A stretch of DNA of 64,000 nucleotides from Octopus sinensis (lineage: Eukaryota), in assembly GCF_006345805.1 (NCBI RefSeq), contig NC_043017.1:9238001-9302000 (forward strand), given 5' to 3'. The notes under the pieces are model-generated. The model was not told the DNA's origin. It did no database searches and saw nothing but the letters and a program-made list of their open reading frames with translations. Shown one piece after another: positions 49,296-62,666 of this stretch. Position 1 is the first letter of the stretch, and each line of letters begins with the position of its first letter. The position numbers and the translations under genes were made by a program.

Positions 49296-50339
49296 ATGCA
49301 TGTATAGCTGTTACCCTAGGTTGCTGTTGTTGTTAAAACTCTATTATGGAGGTCAGTATTGATTGGTTCTTAAAGCCAAAGGCCTTGTTGCCGATGTGTG
49401 TGGGTGTAGTTGATTTGAAACCTCGGAAATGACTCTCGTATGATCTCTGCTTGACTACAACAACAATAACAACAAACAACACACAAGAACAAGAACAACA
49501 ATATGCATAACGAAAGTAGCAAACAACCAGGAAACACCCTTTGTGTGGCTCTGTGTGTGTGTGTGTGTATAAATACAACTGCTGTCACCACCACCACCGC
49601 TACTGCTACTACTACTACTACTACCACCACCACCACTACTACTACTACCACCACCACCACTACTACTACTACCACCACTACCATCACTACTACTACTACC
49701 ACCACTACCACCACTACTACTACTACTACTATCTTCCTTCATATAAGAATATGATTACGTGACTGATTATACAGACACATTGTGTGTGTGTAATTATATG
49801 GGTCTGTGTATGTATAATCATATAGGTGTGTATGTGTGTGTAATTATACAGGTGTGTGTATGTGCAATTATTCAGGTGTGTGTGTGTGTGTATGTAATTG
49901 TACAGGCATCTGTGTGTTTGAGTAATTATACCGTATGTATGTATATATGTATGCGTATGATGCATAATTATACAGTTCTGTGTGTGTATATATATTATAC
50001 AGGTGTGTGTGTGTGTGTGTAAAAATGAGTGCCATCATTGTCATTTAACATGAAGGTGTGTGAGTGTGGCCAAGTGGTAAAGGTGTTGGGCTCACAATTA
50101 CATAACCTTCGGTTCAATTCCTGGCCTGGGCAAGGCATTGTATCACAATAAAGGCATTTCCTTTTATTTTGCTCAGTCTACTCAGCTGCAAATGTGCACA
50201 GGTGTCGCATAAACGTTCCATGAAGTGAAGTTGTGCAAGAGCCAGGAGGTTGTCCCTAATTGCTCTCAACCACATAAAAAAAAAGGGTTAAGTGACTAGC
50301 CCTCCATCAGTCACAAAAATGAGGGCTCCGGTCGATTCA

Positions 50340-50622
50340 ATCAACAGAACACCCTGCTTATGAAATTAATGTGCAAGTGGCTGAGTACTCCACAGACATG
50401 CTTACCCATAACGTAGTCCTCAGGGGGAGTCAGCATGACACAGAAAGTGACATGGGTTGGCCCTTTTGAATTAAAGGTACAACTCATTTTTCCCAGGTGA
50501 GTAAACTGGAGCAATGTGAAATAAAGTGTCTTGCTCAAGGACACATTGTGCCACCAGGAATAGAACTTATGACCTTACAATTGCGAGCTGAATACCCCTA
50601 ACCAATTAGCCATGCACCTTCA
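50340..50622 (-). mobile_element. Family D (V-like) tRNA SINE
   Basis: Reverse complement of GTGAAGGTGCATGGCTAATTGG...GTGTCCTTGAGCAAGACACTTTA; same family as 54347. Confidence 0.85.
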
Positions 50623-50744
50623 CTCTCAAGCTCAGAGGCACTTGAAACCCAGGAGCATTTCAGCCCCTTCCTGTGAACCTTTAAGCAATGCAATTCCAAG
50701 TCAAAACTTTAAATGGAAATAAATATCTGTCCCTATTTTTTGAT

Positions 50745-51320
50745 TCTTTTACTTCTTTCAGTCATTTGACTGCTGCCATGCTGGAGCACCCCTTTTAGTC
50801 GAACAACCCCAGGACTTATTCTTTGTAAGCCTAGTACTTATTCTATTGGTCTCTTTTGCCAAACCGCTGAGTTACAGGGACATAAACACGCCAACATCGG
50901 TTGTCAAGCAATGGTGGGTGTACAAACACACACACACCACACACACACATATATGAAGGGCTTCTTTCAGTTTCTGTCTACCAAATCCACTCACAAGGCT
51001 TTGGTCGGCCTGAGGCTATAGTAGAAGACACTTGCCCATGGTGCCACACAGTGAGACTGAACCCGGAACCATGTGGTTGGTAAGCAAGCTACTTACCACA
51101 CAGCCACTCCTGTGTACATTTTTTTGTATCTTTTACTTGTTTCCTTCATTTGGATTGTGGCCATGCTGGGGTACTGCCACGAAGGGTTTAGTTGAACAAA
51201 TTAACCCCAGTACTTATTTTTAAGGCTTATACTTATTCTGTCAGTCTGTTGTTGCTGAAACACCTAAGTTACAGGGACATAAACAAACCAACACCAGTTA
51301 TCAAGTAGTGGTGGGGGACT
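50745..51320 (-). mobile_element. Family A SINE (50745-51111) and an adjacent older 3' half
   Basis: Reverse A motifs. Confidence 0.85.
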
Positions 51321-51344
51321 TACATACATGTGTGTGTGGACAGA

Positions 51345-51590
51345 TGTGGCTCAGTGGTCAGAGTGTTGCATCCAAGAGTGTAAGATTGTGGTTTCAATTC
51401 CTGGACCGGGCAATGCATTACTTTCTTGAGCAGAGCACTTCATTGCTTGTTAATCTAGTCCGCTCAGATGGCCAAAATGAATAATCTTGCAATGGACCAG
51501 TGTCCGATCCAGGGACAGAAATATATGCCATGGAATCCAGGAAACTGGCCTTATGAGTCAATGGCTTGGGAAGGACCTCTGATCCTTTGG
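51345..51590 (+). mobile_element. Old V-like tRNA SINE variant
   Basis: TGGCTCAGTGG A-box-like, GGTTTCAATTCC B-box-like, TTCTTGAGCAGAGCACTT. Confidence 0.6.
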
Positions 51591-51893
51591 AGATATGTAT
51601 GTGTGTTGTGTGTGTGTGTGTGTCAGCCCTCCTAAATGACCATCTGATTAACATAATTAACAATGATTAACACTCCATACACTGGCCCTCATCTCACACC
51701 AATAGCTCTCTGCTGTCACCTCATTATGCCCCTATTCTATTTCTGACTACAGCTAAGGGCCCCAACTCCTCTCTTTACCCTGCATCTTCTCTATCCATCC
51801 TACAAACCCAGGGCTCTGCACTGGCCACTATGTCCAATCGTTCTTCCCCAGATTGTGCTGCAACCCCTCTAGAATTCCCTACCTTGTTGCTCA

Positions 51894-51924
<31 letters not shown>

Positions 51925-52759
51925 AGTAGTAGTAGTAGTAGTAGTAGTACACCCTGCAGTTGCTGTTCAGCAACATCAGCTCTGTGGATATCATTTGTCC
52001 CAGAGAACCTGTGAAGGCCATAACCCCACTGGACTTTCCACCCAGACCCCCCACCACTACATCACCAAAACAAAGAAAAAGAAAAAATGTACAGGGACAC
52101 ACATGCTTAATTAATTATGATGGTGGTAATTACAAAAGACACAGTTGCAACAGTGGTGGTGATGGAGCCCATAGTGGTGGTGGCTCTGGTGGTGGTGGTG
52201 GTGGTGGTGGTGGTGGCAGTAGTGGTGGTGGTAGTGAGTTTGATGATGATGGTGGTGGTGGCGGCAGCGGTGGTGGTGGTAGCAGTGGCAGTGGTTGAAA
52301 TGGTAGCCTGGTGTTACTGGTAGGGATATGTTGGTAGTGGTTCCGTATGCAGCTTGGTGGTGGCGCAAGCAGTGTGTACCACCCCCACCTCCCACCCGTC
52401 CACCCTACCCCACCACCTCTGAAGATCACTGTCCATATCCAATGTCAGTTCCAAGTCACTGAACATCAGTTTAATCCAATCTTGCCTACCACCACCAACA
52501 ACATCACTGACTTCCTCTCTGCCCTTTAGCCTTCCCCTCCTCCTCCTCCTCCCCCTCCTCCCCCTCCTCCCCCTCCTCCCCTTATCCTTCCTCATCTCTG
52601 TTTTCACATCTTTTGTTTTACATCCTCTTTCCAGGATACTGGTGTATGTGTGTGTGTATGTGTGTGTGTGTGTGTGTGTGTGTATAGTGTGTGTGTGTGT
52701 GTGTGTGTGCACGTGTAATTATACCCTTATGCGTGTGTGTTGGTTTATGCCTTATTACA

Positions 52760-52792
<33 letters not shown>

Positions 52793-53328
52793 ACGTGCTT
52801 CTGTTTGTTCATGTTCTCCGTGTCATTTTATCCTCTCCCTGTTGTCAATCACTGGACGACCCCCATGCTGAGAACGTCCCCCACCCCCCAAGTCTTTACT
52901 CCATCCTAACAGATATGTGTGTCAGTGTGGGACCCGTTTTATCTAATTGCTAATTATTGATCTCTAAAGATATGAAAGACAAACAGACACAGCATGAACA
53001 GTTTATAGGTTAAGCACTGGCATAGCCATGTGGTTAAGAGGTTTGCCTTCCAACCATGGGGTTATCGGTTCAGTCCCACTGCACAACTCCTTAGGAAAGC
53101 ATTTAAAGCTGCCTTGTCTGGCCTAAATATTCCTCCGTCCTCTTACACATTCCTCCGTCCTCTCACACATTCCCTACAATGTCATTTTAAAAATAAACAA
53201 TCACAACATTGAAATTTCAAAACTACGAGATTGTGCAAAATAACCCTTTCTACTAAAGGCACAAGGCCTGGAATTTTGTGGAGAGGGGACTAGTCGATTA
53301 CCACGACCCCAGTATTCAGCTGGTACTT

Positions 53329-53721
53329 AGGAGTGGCTGTGTGGTAAGTAGCTTGCTAACCAACCACATGGTTCCGGGTTCAGTCCCACTGCGTGGCATC
53401 TTGGGCAAGTGTCTTCTGCTATAGCCCCGAGCCGACCAATGCCTTGTGAGTGGATTTGGTAGAGAGAAACTGAAAGAAGCCCGTCGTATATATGTATATA
53501 TATATATGGGTGTGTGTGTTTGTGTGTCTGTGTTTGTCCCCTAGCATTGCTTGACAACCGATACTGGTGTGTTTACGTCCCCGTTACTTAGCGGTTTGGC
53601 AAAAGAGACCAATGCAATAAGTACTGGGCTTACAAAGAATAAGTCCCGGGGTCGAATTGCTCGACTAAAGGCGGTGCTCCAGCATGGCCGCAGTCAAATG
53701 ACTGAAACAAGTAAAAGAGTA
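53329..53721 (+). mobile_element. Young family A SINE inserted into a reverse family B SINE
   Basis: B sequence stops at TGGTACTT (53328) and resumes near 53722. Confidence 0.9.
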
Positions 53722-53959
53722 ACCCCAAAACGATGAAAGACAAAGTCAATCTTGGTGGAATTTGAACCCAGAACATAAAGATGGACAAAATACTGCTAAG
53801 CATTTCACCTGGTGTGCTAATGATTCTGCCAGCTTGCCACGCCACATTCCTAGTGCCCCCAACCCAACTGACCATCACAGACACATACCTTTTTCTCAAG
53901 CAAATTCAAAGCAACTGTTTTTCACAAACAAAACTTGACCTAATGAACCCATTAATTTG

Positions 53960-54176
53960 TTGTTTTACATGAATCGCTACCCCCTTATTGCCCCAATTTT
54001 TACATGAATCGCAACGCCATATGGCCCCAATTTTTACATGAATCACCATCCCATTATGGCCCTGCTTTTTACATGAATCGCTACCTCATTATCATCTCGT
54101 TTTTCTTCAATGCTCCCTTGGAACTTCCCAACGCCCTCAGGTGGAGGGCAATCCCCGCCCACTTTGGGAACCCCTG
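53960..54176 (+). mobile_element. hAT-type right end with four ~35-bp subterminal repeats
   Basis: TACATGAATC at 53966, 54001, 54035 and 54070; terminal TTTGGGAACCCCTG at 54163-54176. Confidence 0.65.
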
Positions 54177-54346
54177 CTTTACAAGGCAGGCTTGTGAGCT
54201 GCACAACCGAATCTGTTCTTGCAGATACACTTCTGAAGCACTGCGCACTGAACCCCATATTGTAATCCACAGTGGTTAACTATAAAGCATGTGGTGCAAC
54301 AATCTTGATGTGTTCTTCTCTCTCCACTTTTTGTTTTGTCATAGGT

Positions 54347-54672
54347 GTGAAGGCACTTGGCTCAGTGCTTAGGGGTATTCGGCTCTCAATCATAAGGTCC
54401 TGAGTTCAATTCCCAGTGACATATTGTATCCTTGAGCAAGACACTTTACTTCACATTGCTCCAGTCCACTCAACTGGCAAAAATGAGTGGTACCTGTAAT
54501 TCACAAGGGCCTGCCTTGTCATATTCTGTGTCATGTTGAATCTCCCTGACAACTATATTGACGGTACATGTGTCTGTGGAGCGCTCAGCCACTTGCATGT
54601 TAATTTTACGAGCAGGCTGTTCCATTGACCGGATCAACTGGTACGCTTGTTGCCATAAACGACGGAGTACCA
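54347..54672 (+). mobile_element. Family D (V-like) tRNA SINE, near full length
   Basis: GTGAAGGCACTTGGCTCAGTG head, GAGTTCAATTCCC B-box, TATCCTTGAGCAAGACACTTTAC. Confidence 0.85.
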
Positions 54673-55126
54673 GTTGAGGTGAGCTGGCCCAGGTTTGATC
54701 CAGGGGTTAACCAAGTACCATTGCGTTTTACTTTCCACTACCATCACACATCCATACCACTACCACCACCACCACCACCACCACCACCACTACCACCACC
54801 ATCACCTACCTCCTCTACGTTAGCCTAGCTACCATCCTACTGCCATTACACCTCCATGTGGGAAGTCGCTCTTACCCAGGTACACCTGCTACCCTGAATA
54901 ATGCAACCTATTTGGTTGCTGTCCAAATTTATCAGGAAATCTCCAAGACGGAATCAAAATCAGCCAAAACAACTTGGCTCATATTTGAAATTAATCCCTG
55001 TATGTGTGTGTGTATATATGTGTGTGTGTGTATGCATGTATGTATAATTAAATTCACAGCAAGCACGCATATACACATGTGCACTCTCTCGCTCTCCTCC
55101 CCTTTTTTACTCTCTCTGTCACACTC

Positions 55127-55164
<38 letters not shown>

Positions 55165-55322
55165 ACCACCCGTTGCTTCTCTCTGTCTCATCCCCCCTCC
55201 ACATTCTCTCTTTCACTTCCCCACCCCAAACACCTCTTCCTGTAGGAAAACACCCAGAGATTTTATCATTTAAAACTGCCAGCGTACACCCCGCTCCTTA
55301 CACACACACACACACACACACA

Positions 55323-55356
<34 letters not shown>

Positions 55357-55444
55357 TGTACATACTTTTCATTATAATGGTGGTGGTGGTAGTGATGTAT
55401 GTTTTGAGAGTTGTGGTGTTAGTAATAGCTACTGTGGTAGTAGT

Positions 55445-55640
55445 TATTGCAGTAGTGATGGTGGTAGTAGTAGTCCTGGTAGTAGTAGTAGTAGTAGTAG
55501 TCCTGGTAGTAGTAGTAGTAGTAGTCCTGGTAGTAGTAGTAGTCCTAGTAGTAGTAGTAGTAGTCCTGGTAGTAGTAGTAGTAGTAGTAGTAGTAGTCCT
55601 GGTAGTAGTAGTAGTAGTCCTGGTAGTAGTAGTAGTAGTA
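55445..55640. repeat. (GTA)n tract punctuated by GTCCTG
   Basis: Directly visible. Confidence 0.9.
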
Positions 55641-56442
55641 GCAGCAGCAGCAGCAATAAGGAAGGGAGCAGCATTAATTATTAATCAAAAGTACTGCATC
55701 CCCTCCCCCCCCACACATTCCTCGCCACCACCACTTCCAATTCCGCAGACCCAGAATCTGCCTTTTATCCCCGCCACCACCAACACTACGCACACACCAC
55801 TGTCAACATCCTCCTCACTACCATTGCTACTACCACCAGCACTGCTTTCAACAACTGCAACACCAACACTGCTCGGACATCAACCGCTTCAACTATCTCC
55901 AGCACCACTAACACCAGCACTACTACCACCACTACAACACATACTACTACCACCACTACAGCACACACTACTACTACCACCACTACTACAACCATGACTA
56001 CAACCACTGACGTTAACATCAACACTACCGCCTCCACTACAGCCTATACTCACCAACATCAATACAATTGAATGCAAGACTACCACAACAGACCACAGTC
56101 ACCACTAACATCACCACCACCACCACCACTGCTACAACCACCACTAACACTGCCACTACAGCCAACACTCACCAATACCTCTTTCATATTTCAGTACATG
56201 GCCAGCAGTTTTGAGTTGGGGGATGAGTCAGGAAATTGCATTGACCCCAGCCCCTAGTGTCCTACTGGTACTGCTTATTTCATTTGACCTCGGAGAGATG
56301 AAAGATAAAGTTGACTGCGCTGGGATTTGAACTCAGAACGCAGAGACTGGAAAAATGTCATTAAGGTATTTTTGTCCAACACGCTAACAATGCTACCAGA
56401 TCACCACCTTAAAGATTCCCCGATGTTAGAACCACTGCCAAG

Positions 56443-57041
56443 ATGGCAACCTGGCAGAAACGTTAGCACGCCGGGCGAAATGCTTTGCGGTATTTCGTCT
56501 GCCGCTACGTTCTGAGTTCAAATTCCACCGAGGTCGACTTTGCCTTTCATCCTTTTGGAGTTGATAAATTAAGTACCAGTTACACACTGGAGTCGATGTA
56601 ATCGACTCAATCCCTTTGTCTGTCCTTGTTTGTCCCCTCTATGTTTAGCCCCTTGTGGATAGTAAAGAAATAGGTATTTCGTCTGCCACTACGTTCTGAG
56701 TTCAAATTCCGCCGGGGTCGACTTTGCCTTTCATCCTTTTGGGGTCGATAAATTAAGTACCAGTTACACAATGGGGTCGATGTAATCAACTTAATCCCTT
56801 TGTCTGCCCTTGTTTGTCCCCTCTATGTTTAGCCCCTAGTGGGTAATAAAGAAATAGGTATTTCGTCTGCCACTACGTTCTGAGTTCAAATTCCGCCGGG
56901 GTCGACTTTGCCTTTTATCCTTTCGGGGTCGATAAATTAAGTACCAGTTACACACTGGGGTCGATGTAATCGACTCAATCCATTTGTCTGTCCTTGTTTG
57001 TCCCCTCTATGTTTAGCCCCTTGTGGGCAATAAAGAAATAA
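56443..57041 (+). mobile_element. Family B SINE with one head and three tandem 184-bp bodies
   Basis: GTATTTCGTCTGCC at 56490, 56674 and 56858. Flanked by further B copies at 56215-56400 (minus) and 57050-57262 (plus). Confidence 0.92.
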
Positions 57042-57494
57042 GAATCTTTAGTAGCACGCTGGGCAAAAAAATGCTTTGCGGCATTTCGTCCGTCTCTACG
57101 TTCTGGGTTCAAATTCTGCCAAAGCCGACTTTGTATTTCGTCCTCTCGGGGTCGACAAAATAAGTATCTGCAAAGTTTTGGGGGTTGATGTAACTGAATC
57201 TCTCCCCCATTTGCTGAAATTATTGGCCTTGTGCCATTGTGCCAAAATTCAAAACCAATATTAACACCACCACCACCACCACTGCCATCCCCTCAGAGAC
57301 CACCATCACTGTCCCACCCACCGACACTACCGCCACCCTGCATCACTAACATCTGTTTTGTCCAGAGTAAACAGTATTCTATCCTCCTCCCCTTACCTTT
57401 ACCATCGAGCCACCCAAACCCTACCCAAGTATGTTTCTGAGAGTTTTGCGTCTCTAAAACTGCTTTTTGGGTAGTTGTGGGGGTAATTGCAGAT

Positions 57495-58131
57495 TGTGAT
57501 GGGGGGTGGGTGGCTGTAGTGATGATGCTGATGTTGGTGATGTTAATGATGATGATGATGATAGTGGAGTGATTCTGGTGGTGGTGGTGGTGGTGGTGGT
57601 GGTGGTGATGGTAGTGGTGGTGGTGATGGTAGTGGTGGTGGTGGTGGTGGTGGTGGTGGTGGTGGTGGTGATGGTAGTGGTGGTGGTAGCGGTGGTGGTG
57701 GTGATGGTAGTGGTGGTGGTGGTGGTAGTGGTAGTGGTGGTGATGGTAGCGGTGGTGGTGGTGATGGTGGTAGTGGTTAAGATGATGCTGATGGTGGTGG
57801 CGGTGATAATAGTTGTGGCAGGGGTGATGCTGATGAGGGTGGATTTTGTGTTGGTAGGGGTGGGTAATGACGGTGCTGTTATTAATTGCAAGGATGATGA
57901 TGATGATGATGAAGAGGAGGGGGAGGATGCTACACATGATGAGGATGATGATGATAATGAAGAGGGTAAAGATGACAGCAACCAAAATGTGTGTGTGTGT
58001 GTGTGTGGCAGGGTGTTTTTGTGGTTTATTTTTTTTTTAATTTTGTTGTTATTAAAAGAAATATTTCAAGATAAAAATCTCGTCTGGAGTTTTAAGTTCA
58101 AATTTTGGATTTGGCATCAAGAGGAAGTTTG

Positions 58132-58166
<35 letters not shown>

Positions 58167-58494
58167 GTGAGTGTGTTTGCGTGCGTGTGTGTGTGTGTGA
58201 GTGTGTTTGTGTGCGTGTGTGTGTGTGTGTGAGTGTGTTTGTGTGTGTGAGTGTGTGTGTGTGAGTATGTGTGTGAGTGTGTGTGTGTGAGTGTGTTGTG
58301 TGCGTGTGTGTGTGAGTGTGTTTGTGTGCGTGTGTGTGTGTGTGTGTGAGTGTGTTTGTGTGTGTGAGTGTGTGTGTGTGTGAGTATGTGTGTGAGTGTG
58401 TGTGTGTGAGTGTGTGCATGTGTGCATGAGTGTGTATTTGTGTGTGCATGCGTGTGTGCATGTTTATTTTGCCTCCATGTTTATATATAGGGGA

Positions 58495-58526
<32 letters not shown>

Positions 58527-59825
58527 TCTATAGTTCCCTGTTTATTGATGGGTATGCTTGTGTACATGTTTATGTGTGTGTGTGTGTGTGCGTGTTTATG
58601 CCTCCATATTATATGGGACATGGGTGTGTGTGTGCTTATGTGTGTGTTCATTCTTCTGTTTATACATATGTGACGTGCCTGTGTGTATGCGTGTGTGTAC
58701 ACCAGCCTCTATGTGTGTGTATGTCTGCATGTGTGCGTGTATATATATATATATGTAGTGATAGTAATGTGTGTGCATGTGTTGGCATCTTTGTACACAT
58801 ACATAAATTATGTGTGCGTATGTATGTGTTTGTCTATGTGTTGATATGTTAATGCTTATCCATGTGATGTTTATGTCTGCATTTAATAGTTAACATTTCT
58901 ACATATATTTTGTTGCATCTTGGGAGGGCCATTGTGCCAATAATATTAACACACACACACACACTGGTTCAATTCCACTCCTTTATTTATTGGTCAGTCG
59001 GTTAAATATCCAACTAACAAATTGATTGCTCGTTTAATTTGGTTAAACAGTGAGTCGTTATTTTTGTTTTCGGTTTCCAAAACTCTACTGTTGTCACTTG
59101 CAACCTTTTCACTGACTTTTGACTTAGTCCGTTACGGTGGTGGTGGTGGTGGTGGTGGTGATGGTAAGTGGTGGTGGTGGTGGTGGTGATGGTAGTGGTG
59201 GTGGTGGTGTGGTGATGGTAGTGGTGGTGGTGGGGTGGTGGTGGTGGTGGTGGTGGTGGTGGTGGTGGTGTGATGGTAGTGGTGGTGTGGTGGTGGTGAT
59301 GGTGGTGATGGTAGTGGTGGTGGTGATGTAGTGGTGGTGGTGGTGGGTGGTGATGGTAGTGGTGGTGATGGTAGTGGTGGTGATGGTAGTGGTGGTGGTG
59401 GTGGTGATGGTGGTGGTGGTGATGGTATGGTGGTGGTGGTGATGGTAGTGGTGGTGGTGGTGGTGATGTAGTGGTGGTGGTGATGGTGGTGATGGTAGTG
59501 GTGGTGATGGTAGTGGTGGTGATGGTAGTGGTGGTGGTGGTGGTGATGGTAGTGGTGGTGGTGGTGGTGGTGGTGGTTGGTGGTGGTGGTGATGGTAGTG
59601 GTGGTGGTGATGGTAGTGGTGGTGGTGGTGGTGATGGTAGTGGTGGTGATGGTAGTGGTGGTGATGGTAGTGGTGGTGGTGGTGGTGATGGTGGTGGTGG
59701 TGACGGTGATGGTAGTGGTGGTGGTGGTAGTGGTGGTGGTGGTGTGGTGGTGATGGTAGTGGTGGTGATGGTAGTGGTGGTGGTGGTGGTGGGGTGGTGG
59801 TGGTGGTGATGGTGGTGGTGGTATG
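57495..59825. repeat. (GGT)n 57495-57960, (TG)n 58128-58850, (GGT)n 59137-59822
   Basis: Directly visible simple repeats. Confidence 0.95.
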
Positions 59826-59999
59826 TATGTACGTAGGTAATGTGCATGTTTGTAAGTGTGTGTGTGGGAATAGGGTGTGCATGTGTTTAGTGTTAATACT
59901 TTCTCTATCTTTTTCTATTGTTTTTGCATTACCATGCATACCCAAGCTTTGTACTCTAAATATATTTTCTTTGCCCTTTGTGTAAGGAAAAGTTTAACA

Positions 60000-60290
60000 T
60001 CATTGTTTAACATCCGCTTTCCATGCCGACATGGGTTGGATGGTTTGACTGAGAACTGGCAAGCCAGAAGGCTGCACCAGGCTCCAATCTGATTTGGCAA
60101 GGTTTCATCATCTGGATGTCCTTCCTAGCACCAACCACTCTGAAAGTGTAGTGGGTGCTTTTTATGTGCCACTGGCATGGGAGCCAGTCAGGTGGCACTG
60201 GCACCAGCCACGCTCAAACGGTGCTTTTTACGTGCCACCAGCATGGGTGCCAGTCAGGCGACACTGGCATCAACCATACTCGATGGAAAA
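60000..60290 (-). mobile_element. Family E SINE carrying only about two copies of the 66-bp unit
   Basis: GGTGCTTTTTATGTGCCACTGGCATGGGAGCCAGTCAGGTGGCACTGGCACCAGCCACGCTCAAAC is the reverse complement of the array unit, joined to the E body and tail. Confidence 0.88.
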
Positions 60291-60793
60291 CAGATATTAA
60301 TTGATGATGATGATGATGATGATGAATATTGCACTGTATACCTTATTAATTGTGATAGAATGGGCCCTAGGTGTCTTGTTATATTTTATTAGGTCCTTTT
60401 TATGTTGAAATCCCTCTGGATTCAACATGGCCTTTCAATCTTCTTTGGGGTGGAGTAAAGAAAAATAAGAAGCAATCAAGTGCTGGGAATATCTTAAGTC
60501 AACTAATCCCACCCCCCTCTGCCAAAATGTTTATTGTTGTTGTGCTAATGTTATTAAAAGGGTAACGATTCAGGGCAGTGGGTTGGGAAAATCATTAGAG
60601 CCTTGATATATATTTCCTCAGCGCTCTTAATTTTCCTGAGTTCAGATCTTGCTGTGATCAACCTTACCTTCATCCTTTCATCATCATCATCAGCATCATC
60701 ACCGTCAACATCATCATCACCATCATCGCCAGCTACTGCCCATTACTGTCTGGAGTCCTACGCTTCTGGGGTTGATTACCCAGTTCCCATTAA

Positions 60794-61014
60794 CCCTTTT
60801 GTTACCAACCCGGCTGAAACCGGCTCTGGCTCTGTTGTACAAATGTCTTGTTTTCTTAAGGTTTCAATTAAAATCTTCCACCAAACCTTAGTCACAATTT
60901 ATGTTCCTAACACCAGCTGAATGATAATTAAGTTATTTTATTAAATTCCTTGTTATATTTAAAGTAATTGAAAGAAACACAGAACATCTCAAAATAAATA
61001 CAGTAACGAAAGGG
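60794..61014. mobile_element. piggyBac-type MITE (family F), complete
   Basis: TTAA-CCCTTTTGTTAC...GTAACGAAAGGG-TTAA; 12-bp TIR with 1 mismatch. Confidence 0.88.
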
Positions 61015-61029
61015 TTAAGGCATAAGTGA

Positions 61030-61240
61030 CCAAGATCACAACATCCCCCTCCTGCACCACCACCGAATAAGATGCCAGTCTGCGACAAGGTCTACTCTTC
61101 AATGCCTGAAAGCCCTGCAGCAATGCAGTGTGAAGTGTTCTGCTCAAGAACATGATGGTGCAGCACCCAGTCCAGGAATTGAGAAAATAATCTTGCAGTC
61201 ATGAGTGCCACACCCTAACCACCAAGCCATGCACCTTCAC
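61030..61240 (-). mobile_element. Old V-like tRNA SINE
   Basis: Reverse complement of GTGAAGGTGCATGGCTTGGTGGTTAGGG...GTTCTTGAGCAGAACAC. Confidence 0.7.
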
Positions 61241-61344
61241 CTTTTTTGTTTTTTGGTGGTGGGGGTGGGGGGTGGGGGTCATTAAAGTATAGTACCACTC
61301 AAGTGCTAGGGTGGCACCTGGGTGTCATTCCAATCAATAGTTTC

Positions 61345-61975
61345 CTTTTACTTCAAAATGTCAGGCCTTGTGCTGTCTATTGATAGAATCACTTATTGAA
61401 TAATGTTTTCTACTATAAGCACAAGGGCTTGAAATTTTTTGGTGGGGAGTGGGGAAAGACGACTACATCGACCCGGTACATGACTGGTACTTAATTTATA
61501 GATCCCCCCCAAAAGGTTGAAAAGTAAAGTCGACCTTGGCAGGATTTGAACTCGGAACATAGCGACAGGCAAAATACTGCTAAGCATCTCGTCCAGCATG
61601 CTAATGATTCATTTCTACTCTAGGCACGAGGCCCGAAATTTTGGGGGAGGGAGCCGGTTGATTAGATCGACCCCAATACACAACTGGTACTTAATTTATA
61701 GACCCCAAAAGGATGAAAGGCAAAGTTGACTGTGGTGGAATTTGAACTCAGAACGTAAAGACAGATGAAATACTGCTATGCATCTTGTCCAGTGTGCTAA
61801 TGATTCCACCAGCTTTCTGCCTTCAGTTATTGAATAATGTAAGGTGTATTAGCTCAACTTTGCCTTTCATTTCTTTGTGCTTGATAAAGTAAAGTACCAG
61901 TCACATACTGGGGTTGATATAATCAACCTGCTCCCTGCCCTCAAAATTACTGGTTTTGTGCCCAAATTAAAATGT
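61345..61975. mobile_element. Cluster of three family B SINEs (two minus, one partial plus)
   Basis: B domain near 61520, 61720 and 61860. Confidence 0.8.
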
Positions 61976-62029
61976 ATTGTTATAATTATTAATAATGCTT
62001 GTAATTATTATTGTAAGTATTTTATGTGA

Positions 62030-62280
62030 AAGACACACTGCTCAGTGGTTGGAGCATCGAGCTCCCAATCATGGGGTACTGAGTTCAATTCTTAGACTGG
62101 GCTGTGTGTGTGTTTTTGAGCAAAACACTTTATTTCACGTTTGCTCCAGTTCACTCAGCTGTAGAAATGAGTTGTGACATCACTGGTGCCGAGCTGTATC
62201 GGCCCCTTTGCCTTTCCCTTGGATAACATCGGTGGGGTGGAGAGGGGATGCTGGTATGCATGGGCGACTGCTGGTCTTCA
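62030..62280 (+). mobile_element. V-like tRNA SINE with a different 3' body
   Basis: GCTCAGTGGTTGGAGCA...GAGTTCAATTC head and TTTGAGCAAAACACTTTA. Confidence 0.75.
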
Positions 62281-62447
62281 ATAAGCAATTATAAGGTCTT
62301 GAGCACAACTCCCAGTGGAGTGTTGTGTCCTTGAGCAAGACACTTTATTTCACTCAGCTGGTGGGGAAAATGAGTCGTACATGTATTTCAAAGGGCCAGT
62401 CTTGTTCAATTCTGTGCCTCTCTGAATCTCCCTGAGAACTACATTAA

Positions 62448-62666
62448 CCCTTTAGTGTTCAGATTATTCAATCAAACATAATGCCTATTGATTCCCATTG
62501 ATTTGAATTAATCATGCATTATCTCATATCTTCAAGATCTTGATGGTGTAATTACTTAATGTAGAATAACATTGTAGGGTAGGTGTGAGAGCCTGGATCT
62601 GGTCAGTTTGAACATAAAACAGATGAGCTATTTTGGCCGGATATGGCCGGTTTAAATACTAAAGGG
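62448..62666. mobile_element. piggyBac-type MITE inserted at a TTAA inside a family D SINE (62300-62760)
   Basis: TTAA-CCCTTTAGTGTT...AATACTAAAGGG-TTAA. SINE sequence continues on both sides. Confidence 0.9.

Noticed and set aside
51955-52100. Protein-looking stretch LLFSNISSVDIICPREPVKAITPLDFPPRPP
   Set aside because: Splice signals are weak or conflicting on both strands, it is flanked by microsatellites, and no motif was recognised.
54347-54420. tRNA genes at SINE heads (this and the other copies)
   Set aside because: A and B boxes are present, but there is no complete cloverleaf and each continues into a SINE body.
57293-59985. Poly-His/Thr/Val/Pro ORFs here, and the Ile-Tyr, His-Thr, Cys-Val, poly-Leu and poly-Met ORFs elsewhere
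   Set aside because: They are translations of di-, tri- and tetranucleotide repeats.
60402-60428. Small hairpin ATGTTGAAATCC-CTCT-GGATTCAACAT
   Set aside because: An 11-bp stem with a bulge in AT-rich DNA, with no supporting context.
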